Below the pieces are notes generated by a model. It was not told the origin of the DNA and did no database searches. It saw nothing but the letters and a program-made list of their open reading frames with translations. From positions 337,231 through 375,865 of the forward strand of contig NMRA01000423.1 in the NCBI GenBank assembly GCA_002633005.1: 38,635 bases of DNA. The letters run 5' to 3'. The DNA is from Phoronis australis (lineage: Eukaryota; Animalia; Phoronida). Below, one piece after another: positions 35,628-38,635 of this stretch (the stretch's first letter is position 1; each line of letters opens with the position of its first letter). The position numbers and the translations under genes are program-made.

Positions 35628-37399
35628 TTTAGCTTTTGAGTCATGCCCCTTGCTTGAAGGCAGTTTTTGAAGTAAAGAACAGACGCATTTTGTAACATTT
35701 TTGAATTACCAAGAGTGATTCAACATTTGTCATAACATCGATTTCATGTTGATTTTTCTGCCGAAACCTCTACACACAATGTGTTATCCTCATTCAAGCT
35801 GGCAAAAATGTGAGTTGATCCTATAACAACAATTATGAATTGATATACTACTTAAGATGAGAGGCGTTCCAACTTCATATACATGTACATTTGTATTACA
35901 ATAGTTTCTACTGACTCTTGTTTTCTGTTACAATCAAACTTACCTGGTAGAAGAAATACCATTTGCAAGAAAAGTTTATCAAGCCACTGTCAACCAGAGT
36001 ACACACATAATAAACTTCTGTTAGAGTTGCACCAAACTCGAAAACCATACTTCATAAGTGCTCTCTTATAACAACTGCACTCTCTGACAGCTAAACCAAC
36101 TCTAACGCAGTATCTGGATATTTGAAAAGCCAGTTATTTTGTTACAAATTCTTTGATGTTATTAAGGGAACATATTTAGTCAATCAAATTGGGTGATTAC
36201 CTCCCAGTGGCCTTTTCAGAGCTACCAAGCCTATGTAAATTGTATCTTTATTGAAGAGTTCTATCATATTTTACACGTTCGACACGCTAGCGTGTCAAAA
36301 TTTTACACGTTTGACACGACCCTGGCGTGTCACAATTTACAAGTTTGATATGCTAGCGTGTAAAATTTACACGTTTGACACGCTAGCGTGTCACATTTTA
36401 CATGTTTGAAACGCTAGCGTGTAAAATTTTACACGCTAGCGTGTCAAACATGTAAAATGTGACACGCTAGCGTGTCAAACGTGTAAAATTTTACATCTCT
36501 CGTATACGGATTGCAGCTATGTTTTAACTACTGCTTGTTAGCGATCTCTTCATGTTTACATATTATTAAAATATAACATTACTGAAACCTATTACGTTGC
36601 AGCACAGACGCCTTCAAGTTCTAAGTTCTCTGTGGTACAATTCTTTGAAATTTGAAAAATACTACTTTGATGTACTTAAAATAAATGAGTTTGAAGCAAT
36701 CTTGGCCTACCTGTTGTTATTATACCGCTAAATACATCCATCCATAGTATTTTTGAGATCATCACCAGGTCTTGTGTTGGTCAGGTTAATGCATTCTAGA
36801 TTTACTTCAAAAGGTTGTCACTGTACAAGTACATTCAGTGTAACTATTTTTATTTGCGCTAACTGTGAAGCGATACCGAGTCTACTTTACGTTGAAACAA
36901 CACGTGTGAAAAGGTCACATAGATCATGACAAATTAAACTAATACAGATGTCGATTAAAACCTGTTATATAATAAGTTGAGCTGTAGAGGTGGGTGACAA
37001 TCTGCGACAATCAGCCGGACAAGGAGCACTATGGGATGTACAATGCAGCAATGCAAGTATACACAATTGTTAAACTAGGAAGATAAGTAACAATATGCAG
37101 AAGCAAATCTAGGACATCCACATGGGAAATTAAGTGTAAATACGAAGTAAGGAAAATTGATTTGAGGGTTGGAGGGGAAGAGAAACTGACTGAAAACTGG
37201 AGAGAGTTATGGACCATGAACCAGTAGTGCGACAAGACAAATAGATCACGTGGTACAATTAAATTAATAATAGTAGAACAAATAGGGTCACTAACCCGAG
37301 AATCCAAACAATACGATAATGAGGATGAAGCAGTATAGCTTACATAAGATAATTTGATACTTGAATAATATGTGTGCGTTGAATTTTGTTTCGTTTCAG

Positions 37400-37454
37400 G
37401 AAGAGTCGGCAAGCCGAACGCTTTCAGCTATTCTACTGAGGCCCACTGCAATAG
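37400..37454 (+). CDS. Second linker micro-exon I: EESASRTLSAILLRPTAI plus 1 nt (phase 0 to 1), paralogous to exon G
   Basis: Acceptor gtgcgttgaattttgtttcgtttcag is identical to that of exon G. Donor gtaagaag, downstream intron homologous to that of G, and phase compatible with the end of exon H. Confidence 0.65.
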
Positions 37455-38358
37455 GTAAGAAGTTTTGAGTTTTCATAGTGTGAAATTGACTCACCTCCGC
37501 GGCTCATACCAGAAATGCGCTCTGTAGCCCTGTTTTCTCTAAAAAGCAAGATACCTGAAGACTTCACCAAATCACTTTAGTGAAACGTTTGTGTTAAACA
37601 AGTATGCTATCGAGCTTACTAGTCTGACCTACGGTGGAAAACGTGATCGCTGAACGAACTACAATGTTGGTGAGATTGGATTGTATAATGAGCTGGGAGT
37701 TTTCGACCACATCGTAAAAGAATGTCTTGCGTTCTACGGAAATCAATCCGATGTTCGTCGTGAAGACCGCAAGCCACCACCTTAACCTCACGGCCAAAAG
37801 CGAAACATCGCTGCTCAAGAAATGGAAACGTTGAATTCAGTACCATTATACAATAGGCCCTACTGTGACCTCAACTTTCATTCACTTTTACTTCAGCTAT
37901 TCATTACCTACACGGATTTTCCACCATGCACGAGGTGCTGTGTCAAATCTACTAATGGTCCAGTATGTTTGGAAGCCAACGCTTTCACGTTTGCGTTGTT
38001 AAAAAGCCATGTTTCTTCCTAAATAACAATTATTTTTGTAGTGCCACCAAAGTGTGCAAATAATATGGAATTTTACCTAGATATGTAAGTTAGCTCCCAA
38101 GCATGCCCTTGCACCTATGTTTACCGTGCAAGTAGGGAGTTTTTGGTAAAACTTGCATGTTTTACTCGGCACCTCACATTTGGTACGCCCTCTTGGTCGG
38201 CCGGCTTGCGCTGCACAGGCAAGGACATTGTCAAACAGTGAGATGACGAAGCAGTTCTTAATACATAACTATGCATTATATGGGAAGCACACGGACAAAA
38301 TCCCATGACAGACGTGACATTATTATCTAACAATCCACCCAAGACTGGATTGCCAGCC

Positions 38359-38635
38359 CATGTGGTGATGTGGCTATGTAATACATGGTCATGTGGTGAT
38401 GTGGCTATGTAATACATGGTCATGTGGTGATGTGGCTATGTAATACATGGTCATGTGGTATGGTGGCTATGTAATACATGGTCTTGTGGTATTGCTGCTA
38501 TGTAATACACGGTAAAGCGATGATACGGTTTGCAATACACATGGTCATGTGGTGATGCGGCTATGTAATACATGGTCATGTGGTGATGTGGCTATGTAAT
38601 ACATGGTCATGTGGTGATGTGGCTATGTAATACAT
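38359..38635. repeat. 31-bp minisatellite, about 9 copies, running off the window end
   Basis: Unit catgtggtgatgtggctatgtaatacatggt. Confidence 0.95.

Larger units (their letters stand above)
32810..36502. mobile_element. Putative non-autonomous DNA transposon with subterminal repeat arrays (CACTA/EnSpm-like)
   Basis: Left end has AATTTGACACATTTGACAC plus ACGTGGCG/CGTGTCAA arrays. Right end has an array of GACACGCTAGCGTGTC ending in GTGTCAAACGTGTAAAATT, inverted relative to the left end. Confidence 0.4.

Noticed and set aside
34638-35698. Long ORFs of 300-340 aa (also 31460-31849)
   Set aside because: They consist of N-gap translation.
35945-36115. Minus-strand exon-like segment ending in CAG|GTAAG
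   Set aside because: No consistent long frame or recognisable domain; probably transposon-internal debris.

Overview
AT-rich eukaryotic (animal-like, probably invertebrate) genomic DNA, not prokaryotic. Most ORF-track ORFs are spurious. The window lies inside one + strand multi-exon gene, which I reconstructed from GT-AG sites. It has six phase-0 ankyrin exons, one repeat each (1914-2009, 2574-2672, 3033-3131, 4501-4602, 13794-13892 and a C-cap at 23387-23470), a linker micro-exon (24705-24747), an 845-nt ZU5/UPA-like exon (26401-27245) and a paralogous second linker exon (37400-37454). These splice into about 507 stop-free codons; the start and end are not identified in the window. The most interesting signal is two recently duplicated ankyrin exon cassettes. 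Their flanking intron differs by about 4%, but the exons differ by 16%, almost all non-synonymously and at the ligand-binding (DARPin-randomised) positions. The long introns also carry decayed ankyrin pseudo-exons. I infer a diversifying, exon-cassette 'natural DARPin'-ZU5 receptor, possibly immune. Introns also hold tRNA-derived SINEs, transposon relics (Harbinger, THAP, TcMar, piggyBac- and CACTA-like), minisatellites, and two near-identical tandem blocks next to Ns that may be haplotype assembly artefacts.
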